64,000 bases of DNA, from sequence record PX068455.1. One strand, given 5' to 3'. The DNA is from a phage. The notes under the pieces are model-generated. The model was given only the letters and a program-made list of their open reading frames with translations. It was not told the origin of the DNA and made no database searches. Positions 48,102 through 56,615 of this stretch are shown one piece after another; position 1 is the first letter of the stretch, and the number at the start of each line of letters is the position of its first letter. Both the position numbers and the translations under genes were made by a program.

Positions 48102-48469
48102 CAGCCGTAGTTAACCTCCAGAACCTTACCTGCCAGCTTAATCATCTCCAGCAGATGCCCTGCAAACACAACATCAGGGTTAAGCTTATCCACACCATCC
48201 ACGGTAATATCTTCGAACAAGATTTTAAATAACTCTTCAATAGAGTTATCATCAAGTTCTTGGAACAGGTAAGCTAGGGCTGTAGGAAGGACCTCTGCCA
48301 TATTCTGACCGCCTGAGAGAATAGATCCACCGATAGCACCTAGCGGGACAGCCACAATCTTACCGATTTTAGGCATGTTTTTCATTGCTTTCATCGGTCC
48401 CCAGTGGGTGATCACAAAGTTGTGCCCTGCTAAATCAATCTCTGTTGTAGGTCTAAAGTTTATAGCCAT
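47996..48469 (-). CDS. tail assembly chaperone (gpG-like)
   Basis: 157-aa acidic ORF immediately upstream of tape measure; contains the slippery site 43 codons before its stop. Confidence 0.55.
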   Translation of the reverse strand: MAINFRPTTEIDLAGHNFVITHWGPMKAMKNMPKIGKIVAVPLGAIGGSILSGGQNMAEVLPTALAYLFQELDDNSIEELFKILFEDITVDGVDKLNPDVVFAGHLLEMIKLAGKVLEVNYGCFFTQDGLGSLLEMLQQMGMIQQVNNLDQTPEEQE

Positions 48470-48512
48470 TTTATAGCATCCTTATTAGTCATGTTGTGCA
48501 CCATATTTGTGT

Positions 48513-48541
48513 ATTTTACCATGATTACGGTGCATTGTCAA
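48513..48541 (-). promoter_or_regulatory. sigma70-like promoter (TTGACA-17-TAAAAT)
   Basis: Consensus -35 at 48536-48541 and -10 at 48513-48518 (minus sense), after terminator 48583-48613. Confidence 0.55.
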
Positions 48542-48582
48542 TTTAACCTTTCAAGCAACTCAAGAACGTGTGTCAAAACCAT

Positions 48583-48613
48583 AAAAGCAAAAAGCCCCAC
48601 CCGAAGGTGAGGC
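48583..48613 (-). terminator. intrinsic terminator GCCUCACC-UUCG-GGUGGGGC plus UUUUUGCUUUU
   Basis: UUCG tetraloop hairpin 19 nt after the tube gene stop. Confidence 0.6.
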
Positions 48614-48631
48614 CTATGCTAAAGTGTGCCC

Positions 48632-49105
48632 TTAGATAATACCTGCAAGACCTGCGAGGCCAGTGAGAGCACCAGTGATGTTGTCACGGTTGAGCCATGC
48701 ATCCAGAATACCGATATCCCAGTCCAGCTGACCTACTTCGGTTCCGTAAGTTAGGTCAGGCTGTTTCTGGATCCAACCGATTGTAGCAATGCCAGGGCCC
48801 TGGCTACCTTCCAGCAGAACCGGGAAGAATACCAGACCAGTAATAGATGCCTGTTTCTGCCAGTCAGAAAGGTAAGCGTTCCATACAGAAGTGTTCTGCA
48901 AGGATACAGTCATAACACCAGATTGGTTACGAGACAGAGCTGCAGACATTTCACCATCCACACCAACGTGAGGGTAGATGTTGTCTTCGTTTCTTGAAAC
49001 AACGATCTTGGTGTCAGCAGCGAAGCCAGTGACACGCTGCTGCATCAGATACAGTTTGACCTTTTTAGGGTCATACGCATAAGGAGTTAAAATTTGAGTT
49101 TCCAT
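48632..49105 (-). CDS. tail tube protein (putative)
   Basis: 157 aa between sheath-like gene and chaperone pair. Confidence 0.45.
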   Translation of the reverse strand: METQILTPYAYDPKKVKLYLMQQRVTGFAADTKIVVSRNEDNIYPHVGVDGEMSAALSRNQSGVMTVSLQNTSVWNAYLSDWQKQASITGLVFFPVLLEGSQGPGIATIGWIQKQPDLTYGTEVGQLDWDIGILDAWLNRDNITGALTGLAGLAGII

Positions 49106-49115
49106 CTAGTCTTCC

Positions 49116-50492
49116 TTATTCAGTCATTGCAACAGCATTGGTGGATTTAGAACCAACTTTGTCCAGAAGGACGTTGATCCGGATACGAACGAAGTGCAGG
49201 GCGTTGTTATACACCAGTTCTACTTTCACACCTTCCAGAACACGAGCAGCCAACTGATTGGTTGGGATTTCTGCACGTTTAGGAACTGTGATGATCGGGT
49301 CGTAGAATACATTATTGTCTTCGTCAAAACCTGTCAGGATCGCACCATTTTTAATGCCAGTATTGATCGGGTTGTTCATCAGAACAGACTTGATAACCGG
49401 AAGATCATCATCAGACATCTTCATGCTTAAGCCCATATTGGAGCGGCGATGCATGTACCCAAACATGGACTCTTCAGATCTGAACTTGATCCAGTGTGCA
49501 AAACGGATAGCGTCTGCATACTGACCTGAAGCACACTTACCTTCCCAGAAAGCGCCAACACCGTTAATCATTCTATAGAAGTTAACGTGGTTTTCCCAAA
49601 TCGCCATACGCTGAGTTAAAGTCAGGGATGGTGCAATAACGCCCGGCATCTGTTTTAAATGCAAGCTGTCGCCGTAAGACGGATCGTTGGATGCCATAGC
49701 GCCTACGATACCACCCTCTGGAAAATCTTTATCCGCACGAGGATCGTACATGCCGACACTATCATATTGTGCAGCCATCAGTTTGGTGGCGATGTTATTT
49801 TCTTTGCCAGTCACATCTTCTGCAGTAGAATAGACATGGAGCTTGTAGTTAGCCTGAGCCCACTTAGCACATGCTTCAATGTCGGTGTGGTCTTCATGGC
49901 ACAGGAAGTACCAATTATCACGCTCAGCATTGATCTTATCAACTACTGTAGAAGGTTTTTCAGAATTGGCGATATTTTTGATTGTATAGTTACCAGTATG
50001 ATAACCAACAGTGCAGTCACCAGTGATGGTAATAACACCTTCAGAAGCCTCTACAGTGATATCGTTCAAGTTATCATCTGCTTCGATTTTAGTCTTCATT
50101 GATTCTGCAATCTGAGTTGCACCTGTTCCACCAGAGATAGGTACTATCAGAGAAGTATTGTAGCCACCTTTTGCAATGGTCATTACGACATCGGTATCAG
50201 CTGCGGCAGCAATACCTTTAAAATCTACAGTGGTTTTTTCTTTAGCCTGTCTGCCGATCATAACGTATTGTGGAGGGAATACACCGCCGAAAGCTTTTGC
50301 TGCAAACTCATACGCTGCAGAGCCTTGTGCGAAACCGTCTTCCACCATCTGGTCCAGCTCCGCATACACGCGAGCTCGCTCAGTAAAGTTGTTGTGGATA
50401 GCGATGAACAGCGGGGTTTCGAAACCTACAGTGTCAATAGGCTGGGTTCCGAGGTTAACTGTAACATCTACCACTTTATCTAAATATGGCAT
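49116..50492 (-). CDS. tail sheath protein (putative)
   Basis: 458 aa; C-terminal IWENHVNFYRMINGVGAFWEGK resembles the conserved sheath motif; followed by a tube-sized ORF. Confidence 0.55.
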   Translation of the reverse strand: MPYLDKVVDVTVNLGTQPIDTVGFETPLFIAIHNNFTERARVYAELDQMVEDGFAQGSAAYEFAAKAFGGVFPPQYVMIGRQAKEKTTVDFKGIAAAADTDVVMTIAKGGYNTSLIVPISGGTGATQIAESMKTKIEADDNLNDITVEASEGVITITGDCTVGYHTGNYTIKNIANSEKPSTVVDKINAERDNWYFLCHEDHTDIEACAKWAQANYKLHVYSTAEDVTGKENNIATKLMAAQYDSVGMYDPRADKDFPEGGIVGAMASNDPSYGDSLHLKQMPGVIAPSLTLTQRMAIWENHVNFYRMINGVGAFWEGKCASGQYADAIRFAHWIKFRSEESMFGYMHRRSNMGLSMKMSDDDLPVIKSVLMNNPINTGIKNGAILTGFDEDNNVFYDPIITVPKRAEIPTNQLAARVLEGVKVELVYNNALHFVRIRINVLLDKVGSKSTNAVAMTE

Positions 50493-50564
50493 TTGTTTCC
50501 TCTTAATATCTGTGCACGGATATCAAACACGCAGTGTAATCATTACACTACACAATTATAACGA

Positions 50565-51116
50565 TTACTGACCACTGTCTGTAACCGATTTATCAGAATT
50601 GGGTGAAGGGAAGTGCGTGGTTATTTCAGCCTTAATTCCCTGAAGATCCTCAAAAGCCCCAATGTCTGTCTCAACAAACCTTACGTTAAATGTCAGCATT
50701 ACCGTGGCTCTATTTTCATACGTCTGCTTATTCAACGGCACCCTTTGAGGGGAGATTGTTGAATTGTTAGAGTAAGCAAAGCACGACCCCAGAGGGAAAT
50801 ACTTGTCATAAAACATTGGAAGATTTATTGCTTGCAATACTCTGCTAAGTGCAGCATGTGCCCTGCCACGATAAGCTGTTAACAGATAGGTAACAGTGTA
50901 ACTGTGTGTTACGTAAGCATTACCCTCCGCATCTTGAAACTCATTATCTTCCCAAGTGGTTGGATTGATCGCCAAGGTTTGTAAAAGTACAAACTCACCT
51001 TCCGGCTTCGGTATGGTAGAGCTTTCTGCCAGAACTACAGTTCTTCCTGTGGCAACCTTGACAAGCTTAGCAATGGTTGTTTCAAGATCAGAAAAAACTT
51101 TTTCGAAAGCTTCCAT
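50565..51116 (-). CDS. neck / tail completion protein (putative)
   Basis: 183-aa ORF between head and tail modules. Confidence 0.35.
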   Translation of the reverse strand: MEAFEKVFSDLETTIAKLVKVATGRTVVLAESSTIPKPEGEFVLLQTLAINPTTWEDNEFQDAEGNAYVTHSYTVTYLLTAYRGRAHAALSRVLQAINLPMFYDKYFPLGSCFAYSNNSTISPQRVPLNKQTYENRATVMLTFNVRFVETDIGAFEDLQGIKAEITTHFPSPNSDKSVTDSGQ

Positions 51117-51541
51117 CAGTCTTCTCCTTCAGGCTCTTCTACCACAAAAAATCTATATCTTCCACCACCAGACGTGACATATGCATCGCATTTTAAAACG
51201 GTAAACCATTTCAAGTCACCACGGATGTCAGGCAGCTGAATTTGATCAGCCATTGCATATGTTCCTTCATCTGGACTATACAACTTGGTTGAGGAGTAAA
51301 CTGTAAAAGCCTCGTACTGTCTGTCACCTTCGGGATTTATTTGAGAGGAGTAATCTTTAGCTGCCCTTCCTGTCAACGGCTGCACAACACACTCTAAGAC
51401 ATCAAACTCTTCATACTCAAGTTCTAACCCCTCGTTAGCAAAAGGACCACCAACTGTTTTGTTATACACTCTGTGGCGACCTTTGAATGTTTTGCGGGGT
51501 ATTAGCCTGTTCTTTCCTATCAGCTTATAACCTGCTGCCAC
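51116..51541 (-). CDS. head-tail connector protein (putative)
   Basis: 141-aa ORF, ATGA-type overlap. Confidence 0.35.
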   Translation of the reverse strand: MAAGYKLIGKNRLIPRKTFKGRHRVYNKTVGGPFANEGLELEYEEFDVLECVVQPLTGRAAKDYSSQINPEGDRQYEAFTVYSSTKLYSPDEGTYAMADQIQLPDIRGDLKWFTVLKCDAYVTSGGGRYRFFVVEEPEGED

Positions 51542-51550
51542 TCAACCCCC

Positions 51551-52015
51551 TTATTTTTGCTGTCCAATTTTAAAGGTTGCAGATTCCAGCAGCACATCGT
51601 AATGCCGCATAGCCTCGTTGAAGCCCTTCTCTTGTGCCCACTGCTCACTAACAGTAGGGTTACTAAACTGCCCAGCCTCAATAACAAACTGGATAGCTTT
51701 GGCTCCTGTGTCCCCCATCTGCTTAAGAACAGCCTCTGCACTTGATCCTCTAGCCATAGCTCTCAACAATTTTTCTGTCAAGGTCTGCAGTTGCGTGCTG
51801 TGAAATGCAAAGGCCGTCTCCATGAAATTGCGAACAGGCAGCCCGTTCCAACCGAAGTTGTGAATAGCTGCCAATGTTGCCATATTTAAGCCTGACGGGT
51901 GAGGTTCATCATAAAAGCCGTAGGTTATTGTTTTGCTTTCAAGTTTCACAAGGTCTTTATAAAAGCGATCTAAACGCTTTAAGTTGAACCTTGTTTGACA
52001 TTTAACCTTTAGCAT
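51551..52015 (-). CDS. head-tail joining protein (putative)
   Basis: Track ORF 51551..52027; ATG at 52013-52015 with GAGGA RBS preferred because the promoter -10 lies 6 nt from the GTG. Confidence 0.35.
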   Translation of the reverse strand: MLKVKCQTRFNLKRLDRFYKDLVKLESKTITYGFYDEPHPSGLNMATLAAIHNFGWNGLPVRNFMETAFAFHSTQLQTLTEKLLRAMARGSSAEAVLKQMGDTGAKAIQFVIEAGQFSNPTVSEQWAQEKGFNEAMRHYDVLLESATFKIGQQK

Positions 52016-52033
52016 TATATTCCTCACTAATGT

Positions 52034-52062
52034 ATTTTACCACAAAGATACATCAAAAGCAA
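52034..52062 (-). promoter_or_regulatory. sigma70-like promoter (TTGCTT-17-TAAAAT)
   Basis: -10 at 52034-52039, -35 at 52057-52062 (minus sense). Confidence 0.4.
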
Positions 52063-52068
52063 CAATTT

Positions 52069-52689
52069 TTAAAAACTGCGTTTGCGTCTTGGGTGGCGAG
52101 GAGGTTGATTATTTAGACCACTGATAGGTGTAATCCCTTGGACATCGAAAGGGCCGTTACTGTTTTCATTAAATTTAACCCGAATTCCTTCGTCTACACG
52201 AACACCCCCAATGATAATCATTCTGCTATAAGCATCTAACTCAGAGTCTACATAGTCAGGGTGTGCCAGCAGCCAATCAAGGAAATCTTTCCACTGGGCG
52301 TAGGAAGATCCACCACGGATCTCTATGGTCTCATCACCTATCTTTTCCAGACGAGAAGTTATACTTGCATTACCGCTGGACACTTCCTGCATCATCAGCC
52401 ACCGCACAAGCTGCACAAGCACATTGTACTTAAGCAGTGGTAGCTTATCAGGGTCTGCCGGATAATTTAGTTTCAGCTTCTCCATGTCAAGGAATGTTTT
52501 AATTACTCCGTCAGGGAGTGTTTCCTCATCAATATTGCCAAGCAATAACCTCATAATATCAATAAGAGGTTGGTCTGGATCAGGTTCCGGAGGTACAGGA
52601 TCTTCTTTTGGTGGTTCTTCTGGGGTATCGACTACACCATCATGGTTAGGCGGGGACGGGATAATCTCTTCATCTTCATACCATGCCAT
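52069..52689 (-). CDS. hypothetical head/neck protein, Pro/Glu-rich N-terminus
   Basis: Track ORF 52069..52746; ATG at 52687-52689 (MAWYEDEE) follows the terminator. Confidence 0.35.
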   Translation of the reverse strand: MAWYEDEEIIPSPPNHDGVVDTPEEPPKEDPVPPEPDPDQPLIDIMRLLLGNIDEETLPDGVIKTFLDMEKLKLNYPADPDKLPLLKYNVLVQLVRWLMMQEVSSGNASITSRLEKIGDETIEIRGGSSYAQWKDFLDWLLAHPDYVDSELDAYSRMIIIGGVRVDEGIRVKFNENSNGPFDVQGITPISGLNNQPPRHPRRKRSF

Positions 52690-52703
52690 TTGAAAATACC
52701 TCG

Positions 52704-52738
52704 TAAAAATAAAGCCCCATTCCTGATTTGGAAGGGGC
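52704..52738 (-). terminator. hairpin GCCCC...GGGGC plus UUUAUUUUU
   Basis: 5-bp GC stem with 15-nt loop and U-tract after the stop of 52749..53603. Confidence 0.4.
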
Positions 52739-52748
52739 CTTAACAAAA

Positions 52749-53603
52749 TTATGCCAGTGCAGCCTCAAAATCTTTCATCATATTTTGGAAAGTTTTTGCC
52801 TTACTTAAGGTAACACCGTACTCTTTAGCAAAGGTTTGGAGTGCATCTTTTGAACCACTTTTGTCATCTTCGTTGTTAAGAGCTGCGGCTTGCTGCAGTA
52901 TGGCATCAGTATCACTGTGAGAAGATCTTGATTCTTGTGCCTGTTCAGGATCCTGCTCAGTACCTTCCGTACCTTCCGGTGCAGTCGGGCCTGGTGATTC
53001 CTCGCCGCCACCACCAGGTTCAGTAGGGCCTACAGGTGGCTCCGGCTCAGGTTCAGGCTCTGGAGCCACTGTAGAAGTTAGCCCAAGATTTACAACCTGA
53101 GAACGTTTCTTAGGCCACTCAATAGTGAAAGTTTGGGTATCTTCTTCATAAACAATGCTGCATTGCTCATCGTTTATGGTCACTTTTTTAGGCATCCCTA
53201 CAGGGTCCCACAGATGTCCCTCTGCCACGGAAACTTTGAAAGCGGCATCTACCTCTTTAAACACTGACGGAGTGAGTGTGATATTGACATCTCCGCTTTG
53301 CAGTGTTAAAGTGCTTTCATCAAGGTTCTCTGTGAAGAACAGAAGAATAACACCCATACGGATAGTTGAAATACCGGTATCAATTGGCAGGCCTGTATGT
53401 TTTGCAATCTTCTCGAAGAAGTCTACAATAGTTCTGCATGGATAGTGAACACTGCCAATAACGAATTCTGTTGGTGGCAGCAAGGCTGATAAACCAACAT
53501 TGATTTCTGGGTTATATTGTGCTAAAAATTGATAGAAACTTAACTGATTGTTGAAAACTCTTAATAGAGGATCATACTCAACTGGATATACGGCTCTCTT
53601 CAC
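52749..53603 (-). CDS. hypothetical virion protein with PEPEPEPEPP linker
   Basis: 284 aa, GTG start with GGAG RBS directly after the capsid-gene terminator. Confidence 0.4.
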   Translation of the reverse strand: MKRAVYPVEYDPLLRVFNNQLSFYQFLAQYNPEINVGLSALLPPTEFVIGSVHYPCRTIVDFFEKIAKHTGLPIDTGISTIRMGVILLFFTENLDESTLTLQSGDVNITLTPSVFKEVDAAFKVSVAEGHLWDPVGMPKKVTINDEQCSIVYEEDTQTFTIEWPKKRSQVVNLGLTSTVAPEPEPEPEPPVGPTEPGGGGEESPGPTAPEGTEGTEQDPEQAQESRSSHSDTDAILQQAAALNNEDDKSGSKDALQTFAKEYGVTLSKAKTFQNMMKDFEAALA

Positions 53604-53624
53604 GGGACACTCCTGTTAAACCCT

Positions 53625-53659
53625 AATAAATAAAAAGGGGAGGGGAGAACCCCCTCCCC
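53625..53659 (-). terminator. strong intrinsic terminator GGGGAGGGG...CCCCUCCCC plus UUUUUAUUUAUU
   Basis: 9-bp perfect GC-rich stem after the capsid gene stop; likely sets capsid stoichiometry by partial termination. Confidence 0.7.
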
Positions 53660-53683
53660 ATATGGGATGAATCACCTTAGTGA

Positions 53684-54694
53684 TTAGCCACCGTTTTTCA
53701 GAGTTACTTTAACAACCAACTCTGGACGGGTGTTAACTGCCAGCATGGAAGTTTCAGATTCAATCTTCTCTTCACGCAGGTATGCAGAGTGTTTGTACCA
53801 CATATACAGTTCCTGTGCTGGAGTGTTTGCTTCGTTAACATCATCTGCCGGAGCAAAGTGCAGCTGGAACATCTGATCAATACCCATCGGCAGAATGCGA
53901 GCTTCTTTCTTAGGAATATTGCCAGAGATATCTTCGATAAAGGTGATACCTTTATGTTCAAACACACGGTATACGCTGTCTTGACCGCCAGCACCAAGAC
54001 GGCGACGCAGAGGTTCCTGAGCAGAGCCGTAATAGGTGTATGCCAGTTCTACCAGCGGGTGATGGGTAATAGCACTGAAGAACTCTGGTGAGCACAGAGC
54101 TACAATACGATAGCCAGCTGCGTTATCACCAGCTTGCAGTGCGATGTGCAGACGAGCTTCTTCCAGAACCTCCATAGGATCCTGATCTGCTTTTGCAGGG
54201 TCAATCTCAACAGATTTCTGTTCAACACCCCACAGAGTGTAGTAGTCATACTGACAGGTGGTGTCACCAGGTGCATAGGATTTACCCAGAATAGCCTGGA
54301 ACAGCGCTTTCTCACGCAGTGCTTCATGAGAAACACGGATACGGCGAACAACGCGGGTTACTACGTCCTGAACAGTTTTCGGAGCATCAGGGGTGAAGTA
54401 ACGACGGAAGTTCTGAACATCTGCGGCAGTGATGCCTTTGTCCAGAGGGAAGAACGGGATGTTCAGGTTTTTAACCTGGGCACGTTCACTACCAACGTAG
54501 TTACGCTCACCACCACGACGGCGTGCCGGAATGTCGGTTACAACTTCATCAACACGCTCGATCTGAGCAATCGTTGAGGTGCCGAGACGGGTTTCGAACA
54601 GATCCATACCAGTAATCAGTCGGAATTGGCGCGGAACAAGTTCCAGAGTAGCACCTAAATCAACAATGCCAAATTCATCTTTACGAGTAATCAT
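53684..54694 (-). CDS. major capsid protein (lambda gpE-like)
   Basis: 336 aa, similar size and layout to E-type capsid proteins; preceded by decoration-like and scaffold genes, followed by strong terminator. Confidence 0.7.
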   Translation of the reverse strand: MITRKDEFGIVDLGATLELVPRQFRLITGMDLFETRLGTSTIAQIERVDEVVTDIPARRRGGERNYVGSERAQVKNLNIPFFPLDKGITAADVQNFRRYFTPDAPKTVQDVVTRVVRRIRVSHEALREKALFQAILGKSYAPGDTTCQYDYYTLWGVEQKSVEIDPAKADQDPMEVLEEARLHIALQAGDNAAGYRIVALCSPEFFSAITHHPLVELAYTYYGSAQEPLRRRLGAGGQDSVYRVFEHKGITFIEDISGNIPKKEARILPMGIDQMFQLHFAPADDVNEANTPAQELYMWYKHSAYLREEKIESETSMLAVNTRPELVVKVTLKNGG

Positions 54695-54741
54695 TTATTT
54701 CTCCAAAGTAAAACTTAAATATTTCCCGAACAATTTAGGGC

Positions 54742-55131
54742 TTACTCATCACCAAGGGTCTGGACTTGAACCTTGTTACCAAGGGCCTCAAGCTTGTCTA
54801 ACACAGCCTGTGCTGCTTTAGCGCCACCAGTTGCCAGCAATTTATCCTTGGCAAAAGTAACACCACGTACAGCAACAACCAGTTTATATTTCTTTGTGCC
54901 AAGAGGTTCAGCGATATGCACTTTACCAGCAGAGTCTGGAATTAAAGCACGATCCACCAGAACGCCGTAAGCGTCTGAACCGTCCTGATTGGCAATGCTA
55001 CCATCTTTGGTCACAACCGTGCCAGCGTGGTGATGCTCTGTCAGTGTAATTTCCATCTCTTTAAAATTGTAGCCAGCATCGCTAGAATCAACTTTGCCGA
55101 GCACGATATCAGAATATTGAGCGGTAATCAT
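54742..55131 (-). CDS. head decoration protein (gpD-like), putative
   Basis: 129 aa immediately upstream of the capsid gene. Confidence 0.45.
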   Translation of the reverse strand: MITAQYSDIVLGKVDSSDAGYNFKEMEITLTEHHHAGTVVTKDGSIANQDGSDAYGVLVDRALIPDSAGKVHIAEPLGTKKYKLVVAVRGVTFAKDKLLATGGAKAAQAVLDKLEALGNKVQVQTLGDE

Positions 55132-55151
55132 TTATTTCCCCCGTTAATGTC

Positions 55152-56129
55152 TTATTTGGTAGATTCTGCACGTGCACGAGCAAGTGCTTTTGCAACGTTT
55201 TCAGCAAGAATTTCTTCTGCGGATTTTGCAATATCATCCACAACAGGTTCGCCATCATTACCATGTTCAGTGGTGGCAAACTCTTCTTTGGTTTTATGCA
55301 CCTCTGCTTCCAGCTCTTTAATTTTGGCTTGAGCTTTCTCCAGCATAGCTACGATAGGTTCGTTAGCTTTTTCCAGCATGAAGTCAACCAGGGTTGCATG
55401 ATCTTCTTCACCAACAAAGCTTAAAGCTTGAGCTTTAGCCAGCATTTTAGCTTTTTCAACTTCAACCTGGGCCTTGATGATTTCTTCAGCTTTACTCTGG
55501 GTTGCTTTCAGCTCTTCTACTTGCTTCAGCAGATCCAGATACTCTTTAGTTTTGGTTACGTCCACCGGATTCTCCTCGGTATTTGCGGATTTTGCAACAT
55601 CATCCACCTCGGTAGTTTTATCCACCTCAGTAGGTTCCTGTACCGCCTTGATCAGGTTCCCTTCTTTATCGAAGAGATCAGCGGTTACTTGTTCAAAAAT
55701 CTGTTGTGTTTTTAACAGGCTGTACTGATCTACCACACTAAGCTGCTTGCCTTCTTTTGCAGCTTTATGAATGGTCACGTTATCACAACGCTCTTCCAGC
55801 CATGCAATGCAAGACTCTGCGTCAGCTTGCGCCCATTCCCAATCAGGATGCTCTTTAGCCCAAGCTTCCTCTTCAATCTCAAAACCAAGCATGTGTGCGA
55901 GTGCTTTGGCATCGTCATACCACATATCGAAGAAACGACGCAGGTATTCTTCAAAACTCAGCTCCACAGTAACTTGGCGAAGTGCCTTAACAATATCGTC
56001 TGTTAACTGCTCAGGCTGAAGATCACTCTTCATCAAAAGAGATACAGGTCTGTTGTTAGCGCTATAGCCTTGAGCCTTATGGCACAGGGCAATCCCCTTC
56101 TCTTTAATAGTGATTGTTTTTTCAGACAT
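55152..56129 (-). CDS. scaffolding protein
   Basis: 325 aa with long Glu/Lys/Ala-rich coiled-coil C-terminal half; between portal and capsid. Confidence 0.5.
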   Translation of the reverse strand: MSEKTITIKEKGIALCHKAQGYSANNRPVSLLMKSDLQPEQLTDDIVKALRQVTVELSFEEYLRRFFDMWYDDAKALAHMLGFEIEEEAWAKEHPDWEWAQADAESCIAWLEERCDNVTIHKAAKEGKQLSVVDQYSLLKTQQIFEQVTADLFDKEGNLIKAVQEPTEVDKTTEVDDVAKSANTEENPVDVTKTKEYLDLLKQVEELKATQSKAEEIIKAQVEVEKAKMLAKAQALSFVGEEDHATLVDFMLEKANEPIVAMLEKAQAKIKELEAEVHKTKEEFATTEHGNDGEPVVDDIAKSAEEILAENVAKALARARAESTK

Positions 56130-56548
56130 TATTCATTGCCCTCTTCTACAACACTGATCCCGAAATTTACGTTGGTAATTTCGCCCGTCTCTTCATCAAC
56201 ATTGCCTGTTGCCTGAATGCTTAGGCCACCAACAATGCCAGCCTTCTTAGCTTCCCATAATTCAGGATTATTGTATTTAACTTTAGCAACCCAAGAGCCA
56301 GCCTTGATGACCTGCTCAGTACCAATTACTACAACATCAAACTCTTCTTGAATCCACGTCTTTTCAATAGTGAAAGCATCTGTAGAGGTCAAGTGGAAAA
56401 GGTTTTCAGAAACTAGGCCTGCGGCGTATGCTGCGTCCCAATTATCTTTAGCCTTTTTGATGGTGTCTTTACTCATCCACTCACCGTGAGCGTCTTTAGT
56501 GTCCGGTTCGTAGATGATTTCGTAGGAAATCATTTCTTCCTGTGGCAT
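56129..56548 (-). CDS. head morphogenesis protein (possible prohead protease or core protein)
   Basis: Track ORF 56129..56704 would overlap the portal by 89 nt; ATG at 56546-56548 preferred. Confidence 0.3.
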   Translation of the reverse strand: MPQEEMISYEIIYEPDTKDAHGEWMSKDTIKKAKDNWDAAYAAGLVSENLFHLTSTDAFTIEKTWIQEEFDVVVIGTEQVIKAGSWVAKVKYNNPELWEAKKAGIVGGLSIQATGNVDEETGEITNVNFGISVVEEGNE

Positions 56549-56615
56549 CTTATTCCCCATGTGGATTATTTTATCACGCCAAAGGAGGTTTTGCAACCCC
56601 CTGTGTTGATAATTT

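Noticed and set aside
49116-50492. Alternative reading of the 458-aa protein as a siphovirus major tail tube with Ig-like domain
   Set aside because: Not fully excluded, but a tube-sized ORF follows it before the G/GT chaperone pair, and a gpV-type spike, gpW-like and Baseplate_J-like genes are present, which favours a sheath plus tube arrangement.
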